Assembly: GCA_041739995.1 (NCBI GenBank) | Contig: JBGSMV010000040.1 | Coordinates: 32,001-96,000 of the forward strand | Length of the DNA stretch: 64,000 bases | From: Bdellovibrionota bacterium | Lineage (GTDB): Bacteria; Bdellovibrionota_C; UBA2361; JBGSMV01 | Reading direction: 5' to 3' | In this document: positions 36,909 through 45,988 of the stretch, piece by piece | Layout: the number at the start of each line of letters is the position of its first letter | How positions within the stretch are numbered: position 1 is the first letter of the stretch | The notes under the pieces: model-generated | Databases searched by the model: none | The model's input: only the letters and a program-made list of their open reading frames with translations | What the model was told of the DNA's origin: nothing | Position numbers and translations under genes: made by a program

Positions 36909-37733
36909 CTAAGAATCGATTAGCGCCTGTCGGCTAACCACCTGCCTGATTCCATCGAACCCCGGTATCGGCATCTTAATTTTAGCAATTCGGCTTCCGA
37001 CCTGGGCAAGCGCGTTCGCATTGGAGAAACTAAAGAGCTGGAATTTTTCTTTTGGCCAGCGGCGTTTAAAGAATCGCAGCGAATCAGCATACGCCAAGTC
37101 AAAGGCTCTAAATCCGTATTGCTCCACAAGCATAGGTATCGCAGCGAGGCGATAAGGAGTCTTATCCATGCGACTGGGCATCGCGACTGCCTGATGCGCA
37201 TCGACCACACGCAAAATTTCTTGTAACGACACAGTCACGCAGAAGGAGCGGCTACCAAAAGCACTCTCAGGTACTTTAATTTCCTTCAAGAAGTCTTCAA
37301 TGCGCGCACCGCTGTAACATTCAGGGAACAGACAGGTCAGGATTATATCATTACAGCTGGGAATCGCTGCGCGAATCACCACTCCGGGGACTACTGTAAG
37401 CGCAGTGCCTCTGGCTGCATCAACTACTCGATCAATGAACTTGCCACTATAGAAATCAGTAACTCCAATGACGTCCAGGCCCTTCACTTTCGCGAGGCGC
37501 ACCAGCGCAGGCGCCGTATCCAGGCCCTCCACGCCTAGGTATCCCAGAGAAGCGGGACTGTGGATCCTGAGATCCATTACATAGCTCTTTTGGCGAGTTT
37601 TGGTCTTCAGCGCTTGCGCGCTGTCACCTACGTCGGCGCCCACTTCAGCAGCCGCATTTTCTTGCCCGATCTCACCCGGCTCAAGCACCGAAGTTTCAAC
37701 TTGATCGCTAAGACCGGAACGCTTTGCTGTCAT
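36909..37733 (-). CDS. Stand-alone PHP-fold protein with degenerate metal ligands
   Basis: DLRIHS, GLDVIGVTDF, VVPGV, PSRMDK, FSNANALAQVG align to PHP motifs. AAGG before ATG 37733. Confidence 0.7.
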   Translation of the reverse strand: MTAKRSGLSDQVETSVLEPGEIGQENAAAEVGADVGDSAQALKTKTRQKSYVMDLRIHSPASLGYLGVEGLDTAPALVRLAKVKGLDVIGVTDFYSGKFIDRVVDAARGTALTVVPGVVIRAAIPSCNDIILTCLFPECYSGARIEDFLKEIKVPESAFGSRSFCVTVSLQEILRVVDAHQAVAMPSRMDKTPYRLAAIPMLVEQYGFRAFDLAYADSLRFFKRRWPKEKFQLFSFSNANALAQVGSRIAKIKMPIPGFDGIRQVVSRQALIDS

Positions 37734-37785
37734 AATTTGCCTTAAAAAGTGTCGGATAGCGGCCCAGTGACCGTCTTCCTTAGAG

Positions 37786-38259
37786 CTATTCTGCCGCTGG
37801 CGGTTCAGGATGTGCTGCCGGTTCGGGGGTCGGCGCTGGAGCTGGCTCAGGAGCTGCTTTGGGTGCCGCCTCCTTTGCTGGCGCTGGGGCTTTACTAGGC
37901 ACACCAGAAAGCGCCTCACGAATAGAAGTGCGAAGCGCTCCGATTTGGACATCAATACGTTCCAAATCTGCTCCACTTGCCAAACTTCCCACCGCAGTAA
38001 GCGTTTTCTCTACTCGGACCTGCATGAGATTTAGTTTGTTGATAAGTAAATCAACCTTGCCTTCGACTAACGTCAAATCTGTCTGCGTCGCCACGCCAAG
38101 TAAGCGTGCAACCGCGGAGACCGGCATATCTGTTCTGTTGCCTTCAGCTGATTTGCCACTTCGCTGATCACTGGTCACCACCTCGGTTTCCTTCTTGGCC
38201 ACTGTGGCCTCGGATTCCGCTGTTTGACCTTTTTCGTCTGATGCGTTTGTTGCCGTCAT
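37786..38259 (-). CDS. Hypothetical coiled-coil protein with Pro/Ala-rich tail
   Basis: Heptad-like core (LTLVEGKVDLLINKLNLMQVRVEK) and a PEPAP tail. Co-directional with the PHP gene. Confidence 0.65.
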   Translation of the reverse strand: MTATNASDEKGQTAESEATVAKKETEVVTSDQRSGKSAEGNRTDMPVSAVARLLGVATQTDLTLVEGKVDLLINKLNLMQVRVEKTLTAVGSLASGADLERIDVQIGALRTSIREALSGVPSKAPAPAKEAAPKAAPEPAPAPTPEPAAHPEPPAAE

Positions 38260-38612
38260 ACAAAAATCACAGTGATGCTGTGCCCTTTCACCTAAAGTCC
38301 CCTAAGAACCAACGCCACTACAGTTTCAAATTAGAGTCAGCGCCGGTGAGGTCTCAACTTCGGCCATATCAACCACGCGATATAACCGCTCGACTGGTCT
38401 ATTGTTTGGCACACGAGCGAACAAACTCGCCTACCAACGACTGCCTCGAGCAGAGATTGGGCCTCATGAAGTAGATGAAGTTATGGTCATTCTGGATTCA
38501 GAATGAGAACCAAAGAGAGGCCCGCAGACTAGTCGCAACGGACTTAAGCTGCGGTTAAAATTTAATTAAATCAAGGCGTTAGGAAAAGCGTGTCGACTTA
38601 GTGCGCCACTGA

Positions 38613-40052
38613 CTAGGAGTTAGCACCATCTTTAGGAGAGGCGCTGACTGGGTCGCCCGTGTGAACCACGCCTTCGACAGCACCTGGTCCCACCGGGACT
38701 CGATCTGGCAGCGAAGTCGATCTGCCTACCAGGCTAATTCGAATACTGGTGATTCGATTCTGTCGGACTTCCTCGACCTTTATCTGGTATCCATCCCATC
38801 GCATCGTTTCTCCGATCTTTGGAATGCGCCCGAGCGTACTGATGACAAACCCAGCTATCGTATCGTAGTGCCCTTTGGGGATGCCGATTCCATGTTGAGA
38901 ATTCAGATCATCAATCATGGTACTCCCGTCAACGAGCAACTCCCCGGATTTGGTTCTCTGAATATCCACATCATCGATGGGACTATCGAACTCATCAAAG
39001 ATCTCACCCACGATCTCCTCGACAAGGTCTTCAATAGTGATCACCCCATCGACTCCTCCGTGCTCATCGAGCACCACGGCGAAGTGTACGGCCTCCCGTC
39101 GAAGCTCGGCGAGCAGATCGTCAACCTTCTTGGTGTTGGGAACAAATAAAGCCGGCCGAACAAATTGCTTCAAGTCAAAATTTGGATCTTCTCGCCCCAC
39201 TAAGAACATTAAATCCTTGGCCAAAAGCACGCCCTTTACGTCATCAAGGTCGCTGCCTGTAACAAGCACTCGCGAAATTCTCTCTTTCACGAAAGTCTGG
39301 ACTACTGATGCAAGTGATGTGGCCTCAGAAACCGCGATAATATCCTTGCGGGGCGTCATCACTTCTCGAGTAATCGTATCCGAGAAAGTAAAGACGTGCT
39401 GAATCATCTCGCGCTCGTCTTCGTCAATCTGACCAGCCTTACTACTCATCTCAACAATTTCGTTAATCTCTTCAGAAGAGACTGCCATCTCGCGCTCAAT
39501 AGGGATGCTCAAGCCCAAAGTCTTCAGCACTCGCCCGATTGTCGATTTAAGCAACCACACTACGGGCCACAATGCCCGCGTACTGCCCACCAAGGGAAGT
39601 GCCACGAGACACAGAGTGCGGTTGGGACGCGCGAAAGCGACTGCCTTGGCTACCTGAACAAACGAAAGCCCGACAATCGCCACGGCCGCCACGACTCCGA
39701 GAGAGATAACGAATTCCTGAAACTCTCCTTGAAGCGACAGCTTCGCACCTACCAGCGAGATGAATGACGCATCAAGCAACGCATCCGTCAGCAAGCCAGC
39801 GAAAAGCGCCGAGAGAAATGCACCGGTTTGCGACGCGAGCAAGTGCGCCTCTGCTTGAGAGAGCACAAGACGAGCATAGGTGGTTCCGGGATAGCCGTTG
39901 CGAGCTAGTTCCCTAACGCGCGTCGAGCGACTGCGAGTGATGGCGGTAAACGCCAGGATAAAAAAAGCATAGACCACCAGCGCCAGCAGCAGCGCGAGGA
40001 TAAATCCAATAATTGAAGAGGCTCTGAGGTCAGGCACTAGGATATGCCCCAC
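38613..40052 (-). CDS. Hemolysin family / CNNM-CBS-CorC protein
   Basis: N-terminal TM (DUF21-like) region, REVMTPR, CBS pair, VLDEHGGVDGVITIEDLVEEIVGEIFDEFD, YDTIAGF. Confidence 0.92.
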   Translation of the reverse strand: MGHILVPDLRASSIIGFILALLLALVVYAFFILAFTAITRSRSTRVRELARNGYPGTTYARLVLSQAEAHLLASQTGAFLSALFAGLLTDALLDASFISLVGAKLSLQGEFQEFVISLGVVAAVAIVGLSFVQVAKAVAFARPNRTLCLVALPLVGSTRALWPVVWLLKSTIGRVLKTLGLSIPIEREMAVSSEEINEIVEMSSKAGQIDEDEREMIQHVFTFSDTITREVMTPRKDIIAVSEATSLASVVQTFVKERISRVLVTGSDLDDVKGVLLAKDLMFLVGREDPNFDLKQFVRPALFVPNTKKVDDLLAELRREAVHFAVVLDEHGGVDGVITIEDLVEEIVGEIFDEFDSPIDDVDIQRTKSGELLVDGSTMIDDLNSQHGIGIPKGHYDTIAGFVISTLGRIPKIGETMRWDGYQIKVEEVRQNRITSIRISLVGRSTSLPDRVPVGPGAVEGVVHTGDPVSASPKDGANS

Positions 40053-40508
40053 AAATTACCGAGCGCCCTCGGCGCCGTATGGAAATGTACGAGTAACATC
40101 ATTGTTCGAATAGGATTGATATCTGACTACCTAAAAGTCGCTCCCCGCTCACCGCGGACGACAATCCTCAGGCTGCAACGCTTGAATGCCGTTGGCAAGC
40201 ACCGAAGAGCCCATCCTAGCGCGACAAGGGGCCGGCGTCACCGCCAAGCGGCAATCAAGCTGGTGGGAGAGCCTCAAACCGGCTCCAAGCCCAGTCCAGG
40301 GCACGCTTAAAGCCAGAAAGGCTCTCGCACTAACTAGCCGGAAGCGCCCGCGCCAACCAATAACCACTACAAAACTTTTCGCCAAACTGCACCCTACCCA
40401 TCGAGCGATTAATCTACTGGGCGCAGTCGACCCCGGTGAGTTAAGCTAAAGTACCCTTGAAAGGCGCGCCGCAAGCGGCGTCAAATTCGATCGGAGCTCG
40501 ACTGCGTT

Positions 40509-42788
40509 ATGCCGGCAAATGCCCCCCTCAACACTCTGCCACCCATGAATTGGCCCTCTGAAACACTTACTAGCTTGAGCTCTTCGATCCCTCCAGGCAC
40601 CGCCACGAGAGAGATTCTTTGGAATCTTCCCCCAGGCATTACGATGCTGCTCGTGTACGGTCTATTTTCTCTATCACTTCTCATATGTGCCGTTGGAATT
40701 TTTCGACATGTAGAGCTTTGGATTTCTGGTAAGCCGCTGCAGTACTCCTCCCTGCCCTGGCATACGCGCATATGGAATCTAATCGTATGGTCATTCCTTC
40801 AAAAGCGCGTGGCGCGCACGCGCCCTGCCGGTTTCGCCCACACACTCGTGTACCTCGGGTTTCTTGCACTGCTCGCTGCCACTACCATGGTGGCTCTGCA
40901 GTATGATTTCGGACTGCCAGTGTTCCAAGGTAAGCCTTACCTTATCGTTACCGTCCTAAGCGACGTTCTAGGTTTTGGCCTAATCCTTGGCTGTCTCATC
41001 TTCGCGCATCGTCGCTATCTGTCGAACAGCGATCTTCCTCACAACCGATTGGCTGACAGTTCCTTCTTGCTTGTCCTTATTTTGCTTTGCCTTCAAGGTT
41101 TTATTCTAGAAGGACTTCGCATTCATGTAACCAATGATGTGTGGGCAAACTATTCACCCGTCGGGCTAGGCTTTGCAAAACTATTTTGGGCCCTTTCAGA
41201 TCAAGCCGCCGGTCGTGTTCATTTTGCGATGTGGTGGTTTCACACCATTACCGTGCTGGGAGTGATCGCGATTGTTCCGTACACCAAGGCCTTCCACATC
41301 TTCGCCAGCTCAGTGAACTTATTCTTTAGAAACTCGCATCGACCGAAGGGCTCACTTGAGCCAGTCGGAGATTTAGCTGAAAAAATGGAGTCCGGTGAAG
41401 AATTCACGATTGGGCTCGGCGACATCAAAGACTACAACTGGAAACAACTGCTTGATTTAGATGCCTGCACTAGTTGCGGGCGCTGTCAGGATGCCTGTCC
41501 AGCGTATAATTCCGGCAAACCACTCTCGCCTAAGTGGGTAGTACTCGACACCAGAAACCATGCGTTGCTGCTTCAACATAAAGGACAGCTTGCCACTTCA
41601 AGGCTCCCTACTCCGCTGGTGAAACTAGACCAAGCGCTTCAGTCCTCAATTTTCTTTCCTATGCAGGGCGTCTCCGACGATGCTCCGCATTATGACGATG
41701 GCGGTCACTTCAGAGCTCATAACCCCGCTGTCCAAAATGCGGCTCGCGCTATCGGCCAAGATGTTACGCACCGCATCGCTGAAGAAGTAATGGACCCTGC
41801 GGTATTTTGGAGTTGTACCACTTGCTATGCCTGCGTGGAGGCCTGCCCTGTTGGCATCAACCATGTAGACCAGATTATCGGGAATCGCAGAAATCTGGCA
41901 CTCATGCATGGAGAAATTCCTCAGGAAGCTCAAGCGACATTGCGGGCCCTTGAGAACCGCAGCAATCCTTATGGCGACCCCGCTGACCGAGTCAATTGGC
42001 TCGATGGGCTGGACGTTAAGATCCTTAGCCCCGGAGACAAGGTCGACTATCTATACTGGGTCGGCTGCGTATCGGCCTATGATCCACGCAAGCAAAAAAT
42101 TGCTCGCTCTCTAGCTAAGATAATGAAACACGCCAATCTCTCGTTTGGCATTCTTGGCACTGCCGAAGGTTGTACAGGAGATCCAGCCCGCAGACTGGGC
42201 GAAGAGAATCTCTTTCAGACCATGGCGAAGCAGAACATCGCAACTCTGCAAAGCGTGCAGTTCAAAGTGCTCGTGGCAAACTGCCCACACTGCTTCAATA
42301 CCATCAAGAATGAGTACCCCGAGTTTGGAAACCTCGGCGCAGGACGTAGCCCTGAAATCATTCACCACTCTCAGCTTCTACGTAGACTGCTCGCCGATGG
42401 TACCTTAGATCTTGGTCAAGGTTCGGAGGGCAATGAATCTTTCACCTTCCATGATCCTTGTTACCTCGGACGCTATAACGATGAGTACGAGGCACCGCGC
42501 GAGAGCCTACGCAAGGTTAAGGGACTCAACATCCTCGAGATGGATAAGAATAAAGAAAAAGGCATGTGTTGCGGGGCCGGCGGCGGGCACTTCTGGATGG
42601 ATTTAAAAGTAGGCGAGCGCATCAACACCCTTCGCGTGGATCAAGCCGCGGCGACAGGCGCTTCGAATATTGCCACTGCCTGCCCCTTTTGCATGCAGAT
42701 GCTGGAAGACGGAGTAAAGCTTACCGATCGCGATACGAGCTTAAAGGTCAAAGACATTGCGGAAGTGATTGCGGAAAAACTTCCTTGA
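40509..42788 (+). CDS. Membrane-bound Fe-S oxidoreductase (FadF/heterodisulfide-reductase-related)
   Basis: NarI-like TM region with His residues, two 4Fe-4S motifs (CTSCGRCQDACP, CTTCYACVEACP), two CCG-type domains (NCPHC, HDPCYLGR, CCGAGGG, ACPFC). Start could be 40545. Confidence 0.9.
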   Translation: MPANAPLNTLPPMNWPSETLTSLSSSIPPGTATREILWNLPPGITMLLVYGLFSLSLLICAVGIFRHVELWISGKPLQYSSLPWHTRIWNLIVWSFLQKRVARTRPAGFAHTLVYLGFLALLAATTMVALQYDFGLPVFQGKPYLIVTVLSDVLGFGLILGCLIFAHRRYLSNSDLPHNRLADSSFLLVLILLCLQGFILEGLRIHVTNDVWANYSPVGLGFAKLFWALSDQAAGRVHFAMWWFHTITVLGVIAIVPYTKAFHIFASSVNLFFRNSHRPKGSLEPVGDLAEKMESGEEFTIGLGDIKDYNWKQLLDLDACTSCGRCQDACPAYNSGKPLSPKWVVLDTRNHALLLQHKGQLATSRLPTPLVKLDQALQSSIFFPMQGVSDDAPHYDDGGHFRAHNPAVQNAARAIGQDVTHRIAEEVMDPAVFWSCTTCYACVEACPVGINHVDQIIGNRRNLALMHGEIPQEAQATLRALENRSNPYGDPADRVNWLDGLDVKILSPGDKVDYLYWVGCVSAYDPRKQKIARSLAKIMKHANLSFGILGTAEGCTGDPARRLGEENLFQTMAKQNIATLQSVQFKVLVANCPHCFNTIKNEYPEFGNLGAGRSPEIIHHSQLLRRLLADGTLDLGQGSEGNESFTFHDPCYLGRYNDEYEAPRESLRKVKGLNILEMDKNKEKGMCCGAGGGHFWMDLKVGERINTLRVDQAAATGASNIATACPFCMQMLEDGVKLTDRDTSLKVKDIAEVIAEKLP

Positions 42789-42824
42789 TTTGATCACGAG
42801 GGGGCCGAGCTTGATCTTTTACTC

Positions 42825-42896
42825 ACGCGGGGGACGCGGAGGTCTCGGAGGAGAAGCGGGATAGATTTTCTCTCCGTGTCCACCGCGACCCCGCGT
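42825..42896. repeat. 9-nt-periodic palindromic intergenic repeat (REP-like)
   Basis: ACGCGGGGG-ACGCGGAGG-TCTCGGAGG ... CTCCGTGTC-CACCGCGAC-CCCGCGT forms an imperfect inverted repeat. Confidence 0.6.
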
Positions 42897-42976
42897 TAAA
42901 AATGCGCCACAATGAGAAGTCGTAGTCTCGACCATCCGATGACGGCATAGGTGAAGTGCCATACCCTCCAGCAAAC

Positions 42977-43020
42977 AAAAAAAAGGGACCCGAGATGCCA
43001 AAACATCTCGAGCCCCTTTC
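42977..43020 (-). terminator. Intrinsic terminator of the HU gene
   Basis: Minus strand GGGGCTCGAGATG-TTTTGG-CATCTCGGGTCCC followed by T8. Confidence 0.85.
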
Positions 43021-43086
43021 TACTTCGAACCAGGACGCTTTCCGCTTCAATTGCTCGAAACAACTAACGCCCGGTTCTCGGCAGCC

Positions 43087-43530
43087 TTACAGCACTCTCT
43101 CTTTAAGAGACTTCGACGCTGAGAAACGAACACGTCGACGAGCTGGAATCTGCACTGGCTCTCCAGTTTGCGGATTACGACCAACACGAGCCTTTGACTG
43201 ACGTACGTATAGTTTTCCAAGGCCCATAAGTGGCAGCTTGAAGCCCTTACGTAGTGACTCAGTGATAAACGCTGCAATATCTTCCACTACTTCCTTCGCT
43301 TGTGAGCGCTTTGGAAGTCCGCAGAAAGCACGAATGTTCTCGAGGAACTCTGACTGGGTGTAGCTCAAAGTGCCAGTATTGCGAGGTTTGGAAACCTGGC
43401 GAACCTTTGACTGCAGTACGATTCCGGATGGCTTCGCAACCATCGTCTTCTTAGCTGCTGCTGGCTTCTTAGCTGAACGAGCTGGTTTGCTTGATTTTTT
43501 GGCGGCTTTTTTCATTGGCTTTTTAGCCAT
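43087..43530 (-). CDS. HU/IHF family DNA-binding protein with Lys/Ala-rich N-terminal tail
   Basis: Core 'GLGKL.V...AR.GRNPQTGE...IPARRRVRF.ASK.LK'. N-terminus MAKKPMKKAAKKSSKPARSAKKPAAAKK. GGAG RBS. Confidence 0.92.
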   Translation of the reverse strand: MAKKPMKKAAKKSSKPARSAKKPAAAKKTMVAKPSGIVLQSKVRQVSKPRNTGTLSYTQSEFLENIRAFCGLPKRSQAKEVVEDIAAFITESLRKGFKLPLMGLGKLYVRQSKARVGRNPQTGEPVQIPARRRVRFSASKSLKERVL

Positions 43531-43997
43531 AAGAACAATCTCCAATAGACAAATAAATACTATCAAAATTTCAAAAAAGCCCCAAAATTCGTGGCTTTCT
43601 GGAGAGTTCGAGTCCTCTCATTGGCGAATATAGGAACAACTCGCGACTTCGATCAACAAGAAAAACAAGGCTAAACGCAACATTTCATAGCTCTCGAGCG
43701 TGTGCCCGCAGCGGGCGGTCGAGGCCCTTTGGGTGGGAAACTAAGCTAAAAATGCGGGATTCTTGGTCATTTCGCTCCTTTTGGCATGCCATCTATCCCC
43801 ACTCCCTCATCTGGCGCTGCTCATTGCTGAGACGCAAAGTAGCTAAAACAAGCCAATTTGAAGGCGCTAAGCCTGCAAGTAAGACCAAAGTGGCGCACTG
43901 CAGAGCGGAATGACTAGAATATGCAATGCAGCCCCTTGCTCGATGACGTAACGAATCGATACAGAAGTCCCAGATTGGCCGAAACGAAAAACCCAAT

Positions 43998-44735
43998 ATG
44001 CTTAAACAAGTTCTTGGTCTTCTAGTTGGTTCTCAGCTTCTATTCGCTCCTCTACTGAGAGCTGACTCAGGTAGTGTTCCGGTATTCCTTCAGGAACTAT
44101 CACTGCAAATCCCGCGCGACCTTGTGTTGGTATCGAGCGGCAAGCAGCCAGGAGAAGAACAGCTCGGTGTAGGCTCCCAAAGCGCACCTCATTCGCCTGC
44201 CCCATCATCGTTCGCTCCGGGCCCGATCCTAGTGGCCCGTAGCTCCGCTCGCGATTCAGGCTTCCCCACCTTCAATATAGTGAAAGCTCCCGGTGCGTTT
44301 CCTGCACCCCCCAAAGACCTTGCGAAACTCTCACAAGTGTTAGCCGCCAGCTACCAATCAGTTGGCATGTTCGAGGCGAAAAGCACCGCCGCCATTTTTG
44401 TGCCGTCCACCGTCGAGGACCTTCCACTCATTTCGCTCACATATCGAAACGGTCCGCATGAGATGCGGGCAGCCGTAAGCGTACTCTCGTTTTCGGACAG
44501 GCATTATGTATTCACTTGGACTGACCAAGTCGCTGAGGCTAAAGATCCGTCCGCACTGAGTCTGCAGGCGACCGGAGTGCTTGCGACTCTTTCGTGGAAA
44601 CCAGAATCTGCCGTCGCTCGCATGAAAGAACCCGTTGCGTCACTCAGCCCGGCTTCAATGGCACTTCTGGTTCTCTGCTTCATTTGCTTCGCTGGGGTTG
44701 CGTATTTACTCAGAAGGACGCGCTTTTCAAAGTAG
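43998..44735 (+). CDS. Hypothetical exported protein with C-terminal membrane anchor
   Basis: N-terminal signal peptide (..LLRA-D). C-terminal TM segment followed by basic RRTRFSK. Confidence 0.65.
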   Translation: MLKQVLGLLVGSQLLFAPLLRADSGSVPVFLQELSLQIPRDLVLVSSGKQPGEEQLGVGSQSAPHSPAPSSFAPGPILVARSSARDSGFPTFNIVKAPGAFPAPPKDLAKLSQVLAASYQSVGMFEAKSTAAIFVPSTVEDLPLISLTYRNGPHEMRAAVSVLSFSDRHYVFTWTDQVAEAKDPSALSLQATGVLATLSWKPESAVARMKEPVASLSPASMALLVLCFICFAGVAYLLRRTRFSK

Positions 44736-44942
44736 CCAGACCCACATCCTTCCTGAAGATCGCCGTCACGCATCTCTTCGCATAACAACCAAGCAACTTC
44801 GCTGGCAAGTTCTCATTCGCCGAACACCCGATACTCTAGCTTCGCTCTCTCGGTGGCTATTTCGAAAAATCATACGACGATGGAAGGGAAGGTTCTTCTC
44901 GTGGTTTTGGTACGGGTCTTTCGACCCAGAAAGGCGGTAGTT

Positions 44943-45662
44943 ATGAGTGTTGAGTTTCCGAAACCTGATTTCGAGGCGGCCAAGAGGGCGTGGCTCTCGG
45001 GCACGGATCAGGGCCACTGGGCATGGGCCCTGGGGGATCTGATCTCCATGGGCGCGCCCATCCTGGAAACCTTCCGGGTCTGCGCAGAGGCCTTCCCGCA
45101 TCCGCGTCTGAAGCTCCTCAACTTTGAGGTGCACAACACGGTGCGAGAGGGTGGCTCGATGGTCGATGGGCTGAACGTGGCCGGTCTGCTCGGTGCGCTC
45201 GACCCGCATCTGATCGATCTGGTGAACATCGGCGAGGAGACTGGAGAGCTCGACACGATGCTGCACCGCTACGCGCGGTGGGCAATCGGCGGCTCTCCCA
45301 AGACTCTGGCCCAGGCGCTTGGCCGCGACCAGCGCTTGATCAGTTTCACCGAGCAGCTCAGCATGCTGCAAGACGCAGGGCTTCCGTTGCTGCGTTCCCT
45401 GCAGATGCTGGCGGATCACCCGACGTTGGCGGGTGCCAAAGTCGCTCTGGGCAAGCTGCAGGAGCAGATCGAGGGCGGCTCAAGCCTCTCTGAGGCGATC
45501 GCTTCTCTCGGTTCGCCGTCCCTTGGTTCGCCGTCCCTTGGTTCGCCTGGCCTCCCTGTCGACCCGGTCCTGCTCGCAATCCTGCGCGCAGGTGAAGTCG
45601 GCGGAGTCCTCGATCTCGCGCTCGTGCGTCTGGCACAGCAGAACAAGGCCCTGCTTCCCTAG
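44943..45662 (+). CDS. Type II secretion system F (PilC/GspF)-domain protein lacking TM helices
   Basis: Two T2SSF cytoplasmic repeats ('G.PIL..F...VREG.S...IGEETGELDTML' and 'FT.QL....AGLPL..SL...IEGGSSLSEA...RAGEVGGVLD'). AAGGCGG before ATG 44943. Confidence 0.75.
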   Translation: MSVEFPKPDFEAAKRAWLSGTDQGHWAWALGDLISMGAPILETFRVCAEAFPHPRLKLLNFEVHNTVREGGSMVDGLNVAGLLGALDPHLIDLVNIGEETGELDTMLHRYARWAIGGSPKTLAQALGRDQRLISFTEQLSMLQDAGLPLLRSLQMLADHPTLAGAKVALGKLQEQIEGGSSLSEAIASLGSPSLGSPSLGSPGLPVDPVLLAILRAGEVGGVLDLALVRLAQQNKALLP

Positions 45663-45699
45663 CGAACGAGAGACAACACACTAAAAGGTTCTACCCAAT

Positions 45700-45726
45700 T
45701 GGGAGCCCCTCGGCTCCCATTTCTTT
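45700..45726 (+). terminator. Intrinsic terminator
   Basis: TGGGAGCC-CCTC-GGCTCCCA-TTTCTTT. Confidence 0.7.
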
Positions 45727-45988
45727 GTCCGAGGTTTAAGTCAGGAAAAAAGGAGGCACTCGAGAGCAGCGCCGAATCCATCGCACCAGATACCCAGCGG
45801 ACCAGTGGTCGCAAGCACTCCGACCTTATTAATCAGCAAAATCAAAGTCTCTTCGAGATGCCATAAGCGAGCGCGCTCATTTTACTCAAAAATGCAGTTT
45901 TTCTGCGACGACCAGTTTGGCCGAATTCAAAAACAAAGATTTTGAATTCGGCCGAGGGACAACACATAGCCTAAAGAACTCGCGTCCC

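Noticed and set aside
43820..43920. c-di-GMP-I (GEMM) riboswitch
   Set aside because: GACGCAAAG and a CTGCA/TGCAG stem are present, but the GNRA-capped P2 and receptor are not in the right order.
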